Of a stretch of 64,000 nucleotides of DNA, positions 18,998 through 30,086 are shown one piece after another. The position numbers were made by a program, and so were the translations under genes. Origin of the DNA: Candidatus Kapaibacterium sp. (GTDB lineage Bacteria; Bacteroidota; Ignavibacteria; Kapaibacteriales; UBA4661); NCBI GenBank assembly GCA_004292595.1, contig RDXM01000118.1, positions 421 to 64,420 of the forward strand, given 5' to 3'. A model generated the notes under the pieces. That model saw only the letters and a list, made by a program, of their open reading frames with translations, ran no database searches and had not been told where the DNA came from. Position 1 is the stretch's first letter. Every line of letters begins with the position of its first letter.

Positions 18998-19264
18998 TTA
19001 GCTTTCTGGGTCAATACCGAGTGCGCGAAGTTTTGCTGCGAGGCGTTCTATCCTTTCGCTATCTGTTTCAGCGTGTTTATGCTGCTTTTGAGTGTGTTTA
19101 TATTTTTCTTCTAAGCGTTTGCGCTCGGCTCTCAATTCTTCCAATTCTTCCAATGCCTTTTCGTACAGAAGACCGATTCTGATAAATTCCTCAGTATTAT
19201 CTGGCTTTGCTGGCTTATCGGAATCGGGGTAAATAATCGGTGAAGTTTCGTTGTGAGACGGCAT
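18998..19264 (-). CDS. small coiled-coil protein resembling a Uma2 protein without its nuclease core
   Basis: N-terminal IIYPDSD.....DNT and C-terminal ERLAAKLRALGIDPE; AAGGAG upstream. Confidence 0.6.
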   Translation of the reverse strand: MPSHNETSPIIYPDSDKPAKPDNTEEFIRIGLLYEKALEELEELRAERKRLEEKYKHTQKQHKHAETDSERIERLAAKLRALGIDPES

Positions 19265-19273
19265 AACAACTCC

Positions 19274-19639
19274 TTATGCCGCATCGCGGTGAACCGTTTC
19301 AGGCGCGAATGCGGGAAAACACACCGCAATATATTCCGCGCCATCGGGATGCGGCGTACTGTACCGAACCCACTCGTTTGGATGCGTGATAATTGCTTGC
19401 CCTGCCTTTGCAACAACCGTCCCCGTGCGTGATTCTACCTGCATTTCACCACGCAAAACTATCGTGAACTCAGTAAATTCAGGCGTTTGCCCAGGCTCGA
19501 CCCAACCAGATGGACTGGTCATTTTTGCCACGCTTACGCCATCGGTTGTGGAATTTACCCGCCCGATGTATTCTTCGATGCGCTTTGGTTTATTGCCTAC
19601 GGCGTGTATGATACTGGGTGCTTCGATGAGAGTTGGCAT
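19274..19639 (-). CDS. cupin domain protein (EutQ-like)
   Basis: GWVEPGQTPEF.E...VL.G, WVRYSTP, YIAVC.PAF. Confidence 0.85.
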   Translation of the reverse strand: MPTLIEAPSIIHAVGNKPKRIEEYIGRVNSTTDGVSVAKMTSPSGWVEPGQTPEFTEFTIVLRGEMQVESRTGTVVAKAGQAIITHPNEWVRYSTPHPDGAEYIAVCFPAFAPETVHRDAA

Positions 19640-19886
19640 GATACCTTGCTTGCAGATAGATTGTGGGGAAGAATAGTTGATATGCAAACTATTTTTGTAG
19701 AAGAAGTAATCTACGCAAAGACGCGGGAAAATCCAATGGGAAATGCAGAAAAAATATGCTAACAATGTACTTTTATCCCTAAATTCCCGTTACTTGTCCC
19801 ATTTTCAACGCTATGTTGAGGCTTTTTCGTATTTTCTGTGCTGCGTTGTAGCGGCATCATGCGGCAATGCGTAGATTGTCATTTGA

Positions 19887-19997
19887 ACGCAGATGAAGAT
19901 GATTGAATTGATAAAGATGATAAAGACAAAACAGCTACACACTTGATTCTATACGCTCTTTCATCATCTTCATCAATATAATCATCTTCATCTGCGT
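19887..19997. repeat. long palindromic element (family C core) without outer terminal repeats
   Basis: ACGCAGATGAAGATGATT ... AATCATCTTCATCTGCGT. Confidence 0.85.
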
Positions 19998-20079
19998 CCC
20001 AAAAAATCATAAAAATCTGCGCTCCGCTTCAAAAAAAACCGACCATGCTGCACTTTTGACCATTCTTTGCTCTGTTGTT

Positions 20080-23000
20080 ATGCTGTGTGTTTCTCTCTTT
20101 CGGAATTTGCTCGTGTTGATTCTCCTCCAAGCCGCATCAATCCTTGTTGCGGACGCACAATCCTTCACCGTATTTCAGCCTGACGCGAGTGCGTACCCGC
20201 TTGTGAAAGCACAGTTTTACGCGCTTTCCGCCGATGGTCGCCCGATGCTGAGTCTCACCAACAGCAATTTTTCCGTCCGCGATAACCGCACCGATGACCG
20301 CAAAATCGTCAGCATCGAATATCCGCCAGAAACAAGACTCCGTGCGGTCTCTGCGGTATTAGCTGTGGATGTTTCTGGGTCAATGGCGCAAGAAGAACGC
20401 ATGACCTTTGCCCGCGATGCTGCTACGGACTGGGTTCGCACCATGCCACTCGACATTTCCGAATGCGCACTCACGAGCTTTGACGACGACAGCTACGTGA
20501 ACCAAGATTTTACGCGCCTCCGACCGCGCTTGCTTTCCGCCGTGCAAGCTCTGAAGCCGCTCAACGGTACAAGCTACGACAAAGGTTTTTTGCAAAAATT
20601 GACGGGATGCCTGAACGTGGCGCGGCGCGGTGCATTCAAGCGTGTGGTCGTGTTTTTAACCGATGGTTTAGGTGGCGGTGTGCAATCGAACATCGTCGAA
20701 GCGGCGCGGCGCGACAGCGTGAGTGTGTATTGCATCGCGCTTGGCTTGAAAATGCCACTTATTTTGAAGAATGTCGCCGATAGCAGTGGTGGTGCGTGGT
20801 TTGAGAATATCACCTCGCGCGATGAGCTTATCCGCATTTATCGAAAAATTTTATACGAAACGCAAAATATCCAGCCAGCAACAATCACCTGGAAAACAGA
20901 TGTAGCCTGCTCTCCAAGCCGCACCACGCTTGTCAGTTTACGCTCGGCGGAAGGAGAATTGCAATCGACTGTGAAATACGACACGCCGCCCATTTCGCTC
21001 GTCCGCCTTCAGGCGCAGCCGCGCTCGGTGGTGTTTCGGGAAGTGGCAATCGGCAATTCGCAAGGGCAGCGCATCACGCTTCGCGCCTTGTTCCAGCCCG
21101 TTACGATTACCGCGATTGAAACGAATAATCCTGAGTTCAAAATTGCTGGTGTGCAGCTTCCCATCACGGTTTCGGCAGGAACGGTGACGACGTTTATTGT
21201 TGGATTCACGCCGCAAGATTCCACGCCGCAAGTAGGGCGCATTGATATTCGCACTGCCACCTGCGACCCCATTTCCCTCTACGCCCGCGCCACGTACAGC
21301 AATAAACAAGCGGCAGCCACGCAAACACTCAGCATTACTGCGCCTTCTGAAGGTGATTTGCTCTACTCTGGCGCAGACACCGTGCTGTCCTGGTCAGGAA
21401 TTATGCCCTCCGAAGCCGTTGAGCTAGAATACAGCACTGATGCAGGTTCTACGTGGAAAAACATCACCGAAAGCGCGGCGGGATTGCGTACCATATGGCG
21501 TGTTCCGCCCGTTGCGTCGGGTGCGCTTGTAAATGGCGACCGCTCGCGTCCGATGCGCGTGAGGGCGCGTCAGGTCTGGCAAATGCCCGAAGGTTCGAGT
21601 GAACCTGATATGCTCTTGGATGCGCATTGGGGTTCGATTTTATCGGCGAAATTCAGTCCCGACGGTACGAAAATTCTCACCGCCAGTGCCGATAGAACCA
21701 TGCGGCTCTGGGATGCATACACAGGCGTTTCGCTTATCACCTACGAAGGGCATACAGGCTTGGTCGCCGACGCAGCGTTTAATGCCGATGGCACACGCAT
21801 TATTTCTGCCAGCCACGATAACACGTGCCGCATCTGGGACGCAGAGACCGCACAAATGCTCGTTACAGGCTATGGTCAAGGCTTGAATCAAATATTTTTT
21901 TCGCAAATGAAAATGACGGGTGCAGAACGCTTGCAATTCGCCAGCACGGACAGCCGCAAGTTTTTCAGCGCAGTTTTTTCGCCGGACGGAAAAGAAGTAA
22001 TGACGACCAGCGATATTGGAATGGCGGTGCAATGGAAAGCAGCATCAATGCGCCCTGTGGGGTTTGTTCGGCAGGTGGGCGGTTCTGTGTATTCGGTGCG
22101 GTACAATCAAGCAGGAAATAAAATTGTAACTGCTGGCGGCGACTTCTCTGCGCGGCTTTGGAGCGTACAAGGACGCTCACCAGAGCAGTCTTTTTTCGGG
22201 CATACCGCGCAAGTTCTCCATGCTGCCTTTAGTCCTGATGAAAAAAACATTGTAACTGCCAGCGAGGACGGAACGGCGCGGGTCTGGGACATAAAAACGG
22301 CGCGTCCGCTCTTCACCATGGCACACCGCGCATCGGTCTGGTCGGCGGAGTACAGCCCCGACGGAAAGCGCATCGTTACTGCATCGCTGGATGCAACGGT
22401 ACGGCTGTGGGACGCTCGCACGGGCAAGCAGCTCGCCGTTTTACGCAGCGCAAATAATGACAAACTGGGCTTTCAGTACGCGGAATTCAGCCCCGACGGC
22501 AGTCGCATTGTGGGTGCGGGCATCAACGCATTTGGAAATATCTGGGAAATTGGCGGCGGTTTTTTGCAAGAAGCGGAATCTAAAATCTTTCGCGTGATTG
22601 CGCCGCAAGCAACGGTGCGGGATGCAAGCATGGGCGGCGTAGCGGTGGGTGCGGTGAAAGATTCGCTCGTGGCAATACTTTCCAATCCCGACAAAGCCCT
22701 TGTCCGCGTGATGGATGCTCGTATTGTGGGCGCGAATGCAGAAGATTTTTCGCTCGTTTCGGGCATTCCACCTTTCGACCTTGCTTCTGGCACAACAAAA
22801 TCCCTTGAAGTCCGCTTCCAACCTCGCGCGACGGGCAACCGCACGGCAACGCTGGAAATCATCACCTTGACAGACACACTCCGCGCCAAACTCACGGGCG
22901 AAGGACAGCAACGCCTTCTGCAAGCAGCACCATTACTGGAGTTTGGGAAAATTTTGGTAAATAAACGTAAAGATACCACGATAACGCTTGTGCGCAACGT

Positions 23001-24594
23001 CGGTACGCAAAGCCTGACCATTACTCGCATTCAGGCATTGGGTCCGAATACGGAAGCCTTTAGCGCGTCGTTGGTGCAGAAGCGTCTGCCGTTTACGGTG
23101 CAAGCGGGCGATAGCGTGAGTGTTCAAGCGAGTTTCACGCCAAAGAGCAAAGGGCTTGCGAGCGGTGGCGTAAGAATTGACGTAAAATCTGATGCACAAG
23201 AGAGCGGGAAGCCGCTTCAAGTCTTGTTTGTGGGCGATGGCGTTACGCGGGCAATGCAAGCGGAACTCGGTGCAGAGCTTCTTTCCTTGACCACTCTCGG
23301 CACTGCGAGCGATACCGTGAGCAACATGATAAAATCCAACAGCTTGCGCATTGAAGAACTCGAAACCGTGATGGTGCGTCCTGTGCTGAATTACCTCTTT
23401 TTCGATGAAGCAAGTGCCGAGATTCCCGCACGGTATCGGCGTTTGCTGGCAGATTCGACGCAGTTTTTTCAGGAAAATACGAGCGATTCCCTTTTGCGAA
23501 CATTGAACACCGCACAAAACCTACAAAACCAGCAACAAAGCGGCTCAGGAAGCGGCTTGGAAGGATATTACGATATTTTGAATGTCTTCGGAAAACGCCT
23601 CCGCGAGCGCGTGAATACGAGCCTCAAGGTTCTCGGCTGCAATAGCGACGACGGTGCGGAAAAAGGAAACACCGCACTTTCTCGCAAACGCGCCGAAGCT
23701 GTGCGCGACTATTTACAAGCAGTGTGGGAAATTGACGCACGGCGCATCAGCATTCAAGCCAGAAACAAGCCAGAACGTGCCTCGAACCCGCTTGACAGCG
23801 ACGGCGCGGCGGAAAATCGCCGCGTGGAATTATTCCTTGAACCGCAAGAAGCAATGTCCCCGCAAGCAAGCAATGAAGCGATATTTACCGCAGAACCAAG
23901 CGTGGTGAGGCTTTCACCGCGTGTGGTGTTTGCAAAAATGGAAACAAAAACGGAGGAGCAGGAAACGGATAAAGAAGAAACTATCAACGAATGGTCAATA
24001 GATATGATGCTTGGACAGCGCATCATTACGACACTTTCAGGCACGGGCGCACTTCCGGCAACAATAGATTATCGCCCCACAAGCGCGGAATTACGACGTT
24101 TTGCACTCAGTTTTCAACAAACACCTTCATCAAATTCCCCACTTCGTTTTCGCCTTCGTGCAAGCAATGGTGCGGGTGAGAGCGTTGCTGCGGAAAGCGC
24201 AATTATTCCCTTTAGCTTACATACACTGAAAAATAAACGCTTCGCAGACAGCACCAATACTCGTGTAGAGCGATTTGCCCTCACCTTTTTCGATTTCGAC
24301 AAAGCAACCGTCAGCCCGCAAAATGCACTTATTCTCAATCTCGCCAAAAGCCGCATGAATGCTCGCACCGATGTCAGCGTTCTCGGCTACACCGACCGCA
24401 TGGGCGATGCCGCCTACAACAAACGTCTCTCCAGCGACCGCGCCACTGCTGTCGCCGCGCTGATTCCTGCGTTGCCCTCGCAAAACAAGCAAGTACGCGG
24501 CATTGGGGAGTCTATTCTGCTGTATGACAATAGCTTGCCCGAAGGAAGGTTTTATTGCCGCATGGTGGAGATTTTTTTGAAAACGCACCCATAG
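20080..24594 (+). CDS. large exported protein: vWA + Ig-like + WD40 repeats + Ig-like + OmpA-like domains
   Basis: DVSGS/FLTDG MIDAS; repeated H...V..A.FSPDG..I.TAS.D.T.R.WD; N..LS..RA..V and NRRVE; GYTD..G...YN..LS..RA. Confidence 0.85.
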   Translation: MLCVSLFRNLLVLILLQAASILVADAQSFTVFQPDASAYPLVKAQFYALSADGRPMLSLTNSNFSVRDNRTDDRKIVSIEYPPETRLRAVSAVLAVDVSGSMAQEERMTFARDAATDWVRTMPLDISECALTSFDDDSYVNQDFTRLRPRLLSAVQALKPLNGTSYDKGFLQKLTGCLNVARRGAFKRVVVFLTDGLGGGVQSNIVEAARRDSVSVYCIALGLKMPLILKNVADSSGGAWFENITSRDELIRIYRKILYETQNIQPATITWKTDVACSPSRTTLVSLRSAEGELQSTVKYDTPPISLVRLQAQPRSVVFREVAIGNSQGQRITLRALFQPVTITAIETNNPEFKIAGVQLPITVSAGTVTTFIVGFTPQDSTPQVGRIDIRTATCDPISLYARATYSNKQAAATQTLSITAPSEGDLLYSGADTVLSWSGIMPSEAVELEYSTDAGSTWKNITESAAGLRTIWRVPPVASGALVNGDRSRPMRVRARQVWQMPEGSSEPDMLLDAHWGSILSAKFSPDGTKILTASADRTMRLWDAYTGVSLITYEGHTGLVADAAFNADGTRIISASHDNTCRIWDAETAQMLVTGYGQGLNQIFFSQMKMTGAERLQFASTDSRKFFSAVFSPDGKEVMTTSDIGMAVQWKAASMRPVGFVRQVGGSVYSVRYNQAGNKIVTAGGDFSARLWSVQGRSPEQSFFGHTAQVLHAAFSPDEKNIVTASEDGTARVWDIKTARPLFTMAHRASVWSAEYSPDGKRIVTASLDATVRLWDARTGKQLAVLRSANNDKLGFQYAEFSPDGSRIVGAGINAFGNIWEIGGGFLQEAESKIFRVIAPQATVRDASMGGVAVGAVKDSLVAILSNPDKALVRVMDARIVGANAEDFSLVSGIPPFDLASGTTKSLEVRFQPRATGNRTATLEIITLTDTLRAKLTGEGQQRLLQAAPLLEFGKILVNKRKDTTITLVRNVGTQSLTITRIQALGPNTEAFSASLVQKRLPFTVQAGDSVSVQASFTPKSKGLASGGVRIDVKSDAQESGKPLQVLFVGDGVTRAMQAELGAELLSLTTLGTASDTVSNMIKSNSLRIEELETVMVRPVLNYLFFDEASAEIPARYRRLLADSTQFFQENTSDSLLRTLNTAQNLQNQQQSGSGSGLEGYYDILNVFGKRLRERVNTSLKVLGCNSDDGAEKGNTALSRKRAEAVRDYLQAVWEIDARRISIQARNKPERASNPLDSDGAAENRRVELFLEPQEAMSPQASNEAIFTAEPSVVRLSPRVVFAKMETKTEEQETDKEETINEWSIDMMLGQRIITTLSGTGALPATIDYRPTSAELRRFALSFQQTPSSNSPLRFRLRASNGAGESVAAESAIIPFSLHTLKNKRFADSTNTRVERFALTFFDFDKATVSPQNALILNLAKSRMNARTDVSVLGYTDRMGDAAYNKRLSSDRATAVAALIPALPSQNKQVRGIGESILLYDNSLPEGRFYCRMVEIFLKTHP

Positions 24595-24820
24595 TCCGCA
24601 TTCGTCAGCATCCATGCACGGCGTACAAAATGAATAAAAATTCATTCTTTATACATTGATAAACCAGAAAACTTCATGCAATTTTGCGGTATGTAATTTG
24701 CACCTAATTTTATACGCTTCTTGATTGCATCGTCTTTCGCAGGACGAGATATGCTGAAGAAACTCCTCAAAACATTCACAAACACAGTACACTGATACGA
24801 CGTTTTTCCGCTTCAAAGCT

Positions 24821-25987
24821 ATGTCCACGCTTGCATCATCTTTGGGGGCGAATGCGCATCCCACGAAACAACGTTTTTATATCCTTGATTTTGTGCGTCT
24901 TATCGCAATGATAATGATGATGCAAGGTCATACCATGGACGCGATGGTTTCCGTGGAGTATTTGAATGTTGCCGAATTTCCTTGGAACATTTGGCACTTT
25001 TTGCGGGGCTTAACGGCGCCCACGTTTTTGATAATTTCTGGCGCAGTACAAATCTTTGCGACCAAGCGCGATGCAACGGGACGTGTGCCGTTCAAAACGA
25101 TTCAGAAGCGCGTTCAATGGGGACTTATGCTTATCGGAATGGCGTATTTACTTGTGTTTCCAGCAAATCGGTTGCTAGACTTACCCTTTGTTTCCCACGA
25201 AGGCTGGCGGGCATTTTTTCAAACAAATATCCTGCACGTTTCTGGTGTAACGCTGATTTTCTCGGTGCTTCTTATGAGCGTAACACGCTCGAACCGAGCA
25301 TTTGCTGGTGCTTCGGTTTGTGTTGGCTTGCTGATTCTCGCATTTGCTCCTATCGCCGATTCGATAGATTGGTTTGCTGTTGTGCCAGAATGGTTGGGTG
25401 CGTATTTTACGTTCAAGCATGGTTCATTGTTTGCAATATTTCCATTTTCAGCGTATATGTTTTTGGGTATTGGCATTGGCTATGCGCTTGCGGAAATGCC
25501 TGCGCGTGAGCGAGAACGCCGCTTTCCGCCGTTTGCATTTGTGGCAGGGAGCATTGCACTTCTGGCGGGAGTTATCGGCACATATTCGCCTCTTACCCTC
25601 TTCCCAGCGCATGATTATTACTTGGCAAGCCCGTGCTTCGCGCTCATTCGTGTTGGCTGTGTGCTTGTGTTTATGGGCATTCTGACGTACCTCTACGCCA
25701 AAACACGCCGTTTTGAGGAGTATTATTCGCGCTTAGGAAAAAAATCACTGTACATCTACACCTCTCATCTTATCTTGCTCTTCGGTACGCCGTGGTTTGG
25801 TGGCATTGCTCGGGCACATTATCGCTCAATGACGCTCATGGATGGCTGTATTGTAGCTCTTGGTGTTGTTGGATGTACCTTGCTTTCTGCCTATATTTTA
25901 GATTATTTTCAGCGCAACTCCCGCTCATTGCGCGAAGGCATCCGCATCTCTCTGGCGGCGATGCTGCTCTACGCCTTGTTGGTCTGA
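24821..25987 (+). CDS. membrane acyltransferase-like protein (DUF1624/HGSNAT-like)
   Basis: R...LDFVRLIA...M..GH, TAP.F, multiple TM segments, LG..SLYIY..H. Confidence 0.75.
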   Translation: MSTLASSLGANAHPTKQRFYILDFVRLIAMIMMMQGHTMDAMVSVEYLNVAEFPWNIWHFLRGLTAPTFLIISGAVQIFATKRDATGRVPFKTIQKRVQWGLMLIGMAYLLVFPANRLLDLPFVSHEGWRAFFQTNILHVSGVTLIFSVLLMSVTRSNRAFAGASVCVGLLILAFAPIADSIDWFAVVPEWLGAYFTFKHGSLFAIFPFSAYMFLGIGIGYALAEMPARERERRFPPFAFVAGSIALLAGVIGTYSPLTLFPAHDYYLASPCFALIRVGCVLVFMGILTYLYAKTRRFEEYYSRLGKKSLYIYTSHLILLFGTPWFGGIARAHYRSMTLMDGCIVALGVVGCTLLSAYILDYFQRNSRSLREGIRISLAAMLLYALLV

Positions 25988-26080
25988 AACGGTGCGCTGG
26001 GGCTGCGCAATACTGGTGCTTATTTCTTGCTCTTCTGCTACACAATTCTTTGGAATTTTCAAGAGAAATTTCAGAGAAAC

Positions 26081-26111
26081 TTGCGCACAGGCTAAAAAAA
26101 TCGTATATTTG
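26081..26111 (+). promoter_or_regulatory. TTG-N20-TATATTTG promoter
   Basis: Matches the Bacteroidota -33/-7 consensus; upstream of the 26199 ORF and rpsU. Confidence 0.55.
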
Positions 26112-26198
26112 TGGCTGTTTCATTCCGTATGCTGTTGAAGATATCTATAGAGTCGCCAATAGCATAATTTTCATACTCAATCGTGGAGCAACTCGTCT

Positions 26199-26624
26199 AT
26201 GGCAGCAACAGCTACGGCAACACCTCGCAAACGTCGCAGTCGGAAAAATAAGTATATTACGCTCCATTCGCCCTTCCTGATGAAGGAAACAAAGCATGAG
26301 TTGATAGGTGACCCGATAGAAAATAATGGTCGTCGGCAGCAATGGGCGCGGTGTACACGAACGCATCATTCGCAGTTGGTTGATTTAGACGAATTAGAGG
26401 CAAAAGCAAATAGCAAAGACGATGATTTTGTGATTTCCCGTGAGAATGCTGTTTCGTATAATCCACGCCACGAATACGGCATCGGCGACACTATCTCTCA
26501 CGAAGTGTGGAACGTGCTCGGGCGCGTTATCCGCAAAGAAATCACCAGTAATGGCAGCCACGCGATTGTGGTACAATTTGAGGACAAAACCGAAAAACGC
26601 CTTATTGAAAAATTAAGTATTTAA
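26199..26624 (+). CDS. hypothetical protein with a basic N-terminus and a C-terminal Tudor/SH3-like domain
   Basis: Y.P...Y.IGD.I.H..W...G.V...I.V.F....K.L pattern. Confidence 0.65.
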   Translation: MAATATATPRKRRSRKNKYITLHSPFLMKETKHELIGDPIENNGRRQQWARCTRTHHSQLVDLDELEAKANSKDDDFVISRENAVSYNPRHEYGIGDTISHEVWNVLGRVIRKEITSNGSHAIVVQFEDKTEKRLIEKLSI

Positions 26625-26710
26625 GGCGAGTCTGTCGGCTTGTTTTCAGTAACATAACATTCTAGCGTAAATCACATTTTTTTGTTTTAATTATCTAAGG
26701 ACCTTGCATC

Positions 26711-26905
26711 GTGATTGGTGTAACAATTCAAACTAGCGAATCTATTGATAAAGCACTCCGTCGTTTCAAGAAAAAATATGAGCGCAGTGGTGTCTTGAAA
26801 GAATTCAAAAAACGCGCATTCTTTACTAAGCCGTCAATTCAAAAACGCTTGTCGAAAATGAAAGCTGTGCGCCGCCAAATGCGCCTCACTATGGAGCAAG
26901 AGTAA
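26711..26905 (+). CDS. rpsU: 30S ribosomal protein S21
   Basis: ESIDKALRRFKKK, FTKPS; GTG start. Confidence 0.96.
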   Translation: MIGVTIQTSESIDKALRRFKKKYERSGVLKEFKKRAFFTKPSIQKRLSKMKAVRRQMRLTMEQE

Positions 26906-26937
26906 GCATTTCCGCTCCCTCTTAATGGCAATAAGCA

Positions 26938-26979
26938 GACAAGGCGACTACATAATTTGTAGTCGCCTTGTCCGTTTTT
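26938..26979. terminator. hairpin terminator between convergent rpsU and atpC
   Basis: GACAAGGCGACTACA-TAATT-TGTAGTCGCCTTGTC followed by a T-run. Confidence 0.7.
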
Positions 26980-27028
26980 CTGTGTTCGCAACATTTTCGC
27001 AATGTGATACCACGTTGAATATCGCGGT

Positions 27029-27436
27029 TTATTTTCCTGAAATCTTTAAGCGATTGATAGAACGTGCGAGCGAGAGTTCTGCCCGTACTGCATCGTGATC
27101 GGAGCGTTTTGCAAGGCGTTCTTCGGCACGCTGCTTTGCTTCTTGAGCGCGTTGAGCATCAATGCTACCCGCTTCTTCTGCCGTCTCAACAACGCATGAA
27201 ACCTTGTTCTTCAGCACTTGCACGAAGCCACCGCTTGTTGCATAAAAAGTATTTTTATTGGCACTGTCATTGAAAACGATTGCGCCAATGCCTAATTCTG
27301 CCACAACAGGTGCGTGATTTGCCAAGACCTGAAACGGCTTATCTTTACCCGGAACCAGCACCGCTTCTACTTTGCCTTCAAATGCAAGTCCTGACGGCGT
27401 AACGATTTCCAAGTCGAATGGTTTTCCTGTGGTCAT
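27029..27436 (-). CDS. atpC: ATP synthase F1 epsilon subunit
   Basis: LEIVTP, VLANHAP, GGFVQV, C-terminal helical hairpin. Confidence 0.95.
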   Translation of the reverse strand: MTTGKPFDLEIVTPSGLAFEGKVEAVLVPGKDKPFQVLANHAPVVAELGIGAIVFNDSANKNTFYATSGGFVQVLKNKVSCVVETAEEAGSIDAQRAQEAKQRAEERLAKRSDHDAVRAELSLARSINRLKISGK

Positions 27437-27520
27437 AGTTTTGTGAATACGAAACGAGAATGAAAGAAGATTTTTGATTTTGAATCATTGTTCAAAACAG
27501 AAGAGAAAACGTCCTCAATA

Positions 27521-27596
27521 GTGGCACAGATATTCTTGTCTGTGAGTATTGACGCGGACTTTAAGCAGGAAACACAGACAAGAATGTCTGTGCCAC
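27521..27596. repeat. REPIN-like doublet (family A) between the Uma2 gene and atpC
   Basis: Same arms; spacer in the opposite orientation relative to 8461. Confidence 0.9.
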
Positions 27597-27653
27597 CGAA
27601 GCTTGATTTTTTCTGCTTCTTTAAAGATTTTATCGTGTAGAAAATACACGTTA

Positions 27654-28226
27654 CTATTTTTTGTGCAAAGGCGCGAAAATGTACGCCGCTTCCACGCTGA
27701 GTCCTGCCAGCACTTTCGATTCCACCGCCCCTTCGCCGTTGCGGGCGCGTGAATACAAGCGAAACTCATTGCCATACTTGCCGAGCGTATTTTCCAGCAC
27801 ATCAATACTTTTGCGCTCAGGGTCAAGTATCCAATACTCCTTCACGCCGAATGCCTCATAGACATCTTTTTTGTCCACCAAATCACGCTTGGCATTGCTG
27901 GATAATACCTCAACAACGAGGTCTGGTGCGCCTTGTATGTTTGTTTCGCCGATAATATCCAGCCGCTTGGTCGAAACGAAGACCACATCAGGCTGGTAGG
28001 CATTATCTTCATTGAAATATACGTCTATCGGGGAAGCGAACACTTCTCCGTGTTCGTTTCGCTCGACAAACTTTGCTATTTCATAAAACGTGTGCCCTAG
28101 AACTTTTTGGTGATAGACTGTTGGCGTGGGTGAAACAACGAGTTCTCCGTGAATAAGCTGATACGGTGCGCCTTCTGGAAGTGCCTCGTAGTCTGCAAGC
28201 GTGTATTTCTGCGCTATTGCAAGCAT
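27654..28226 (-). CDS. Uma2 family endonuclease lying between atpD and atpC
   Basis: YQLIHG, YQPDVVFV, APDLVVEVLS, GVKEYWILDP; paralog of 2..568. Confidence 0.9.
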   Translation of the reverse strand: MLAIAQKYTLADYEALPEGAPYQLIHGELVVSPTPTVYHQKVLGHTFYEIAKFVERNEHGEVFASPIDVYFNEDNAYQPDVVFVSTKRLDIIGETNIQGAPDLVVEVLSSNAKRDLVDKKDVYEAFGVKEYWILDPERKSIDVLENTLGKYGNEFRLYSRARNGEGAVESKVLAGLSVEAAYIFAPLHKK

Positions 28227-28274
28227 TATTTCACTACGTTTGATAGATAAGGTACTCTGTTGCTTGATACCAAA

Positions 28275-28352
28275 AAGTGTTGAGCCTTGAACGTAATGCT
28301 TACACCATAAAACATTCAAAAATCAACACTTAGAACTTAAAGATCAACACTT
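28275..28352. repeat. heptamer array after the atpD stop plus an inverted partial copy
   Basis: AACATTC AAAAATC AACACTT AGAACTT AAAGATC AACACTT (28311-28352); inverted AAGTGTTGAGCCTTGAACGT at 28275. Confidence 0.7.
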
Positions 28353-28359
28353 CATTAGA

Positions 28360-29916
<1,557 letters not shown>

Positions 29917-30086
29917 TTATCCAAGACTTCAAAAGTACGGAATTTATGAGATTTGGCAAAAGAAAGTGCAAAAGAAAGTTTGAAGCGGGAAAAGTTTAGT
30001 TTAAAGGCGCAAAGTGAGAGCCTGAATCGGAATTCAGACTCTCACCCAGATATATTTTTGACAAGTTTTATGGCTTGCACGGCGCA

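Noticed and set aside
26696-26713. Shine-Dalgarno site at rpsU as Bacteroidia-style bS21 autoregulation
   Set aside because: Several other genes here also have SD-like sites, so rpsU is not exceptional in this window.
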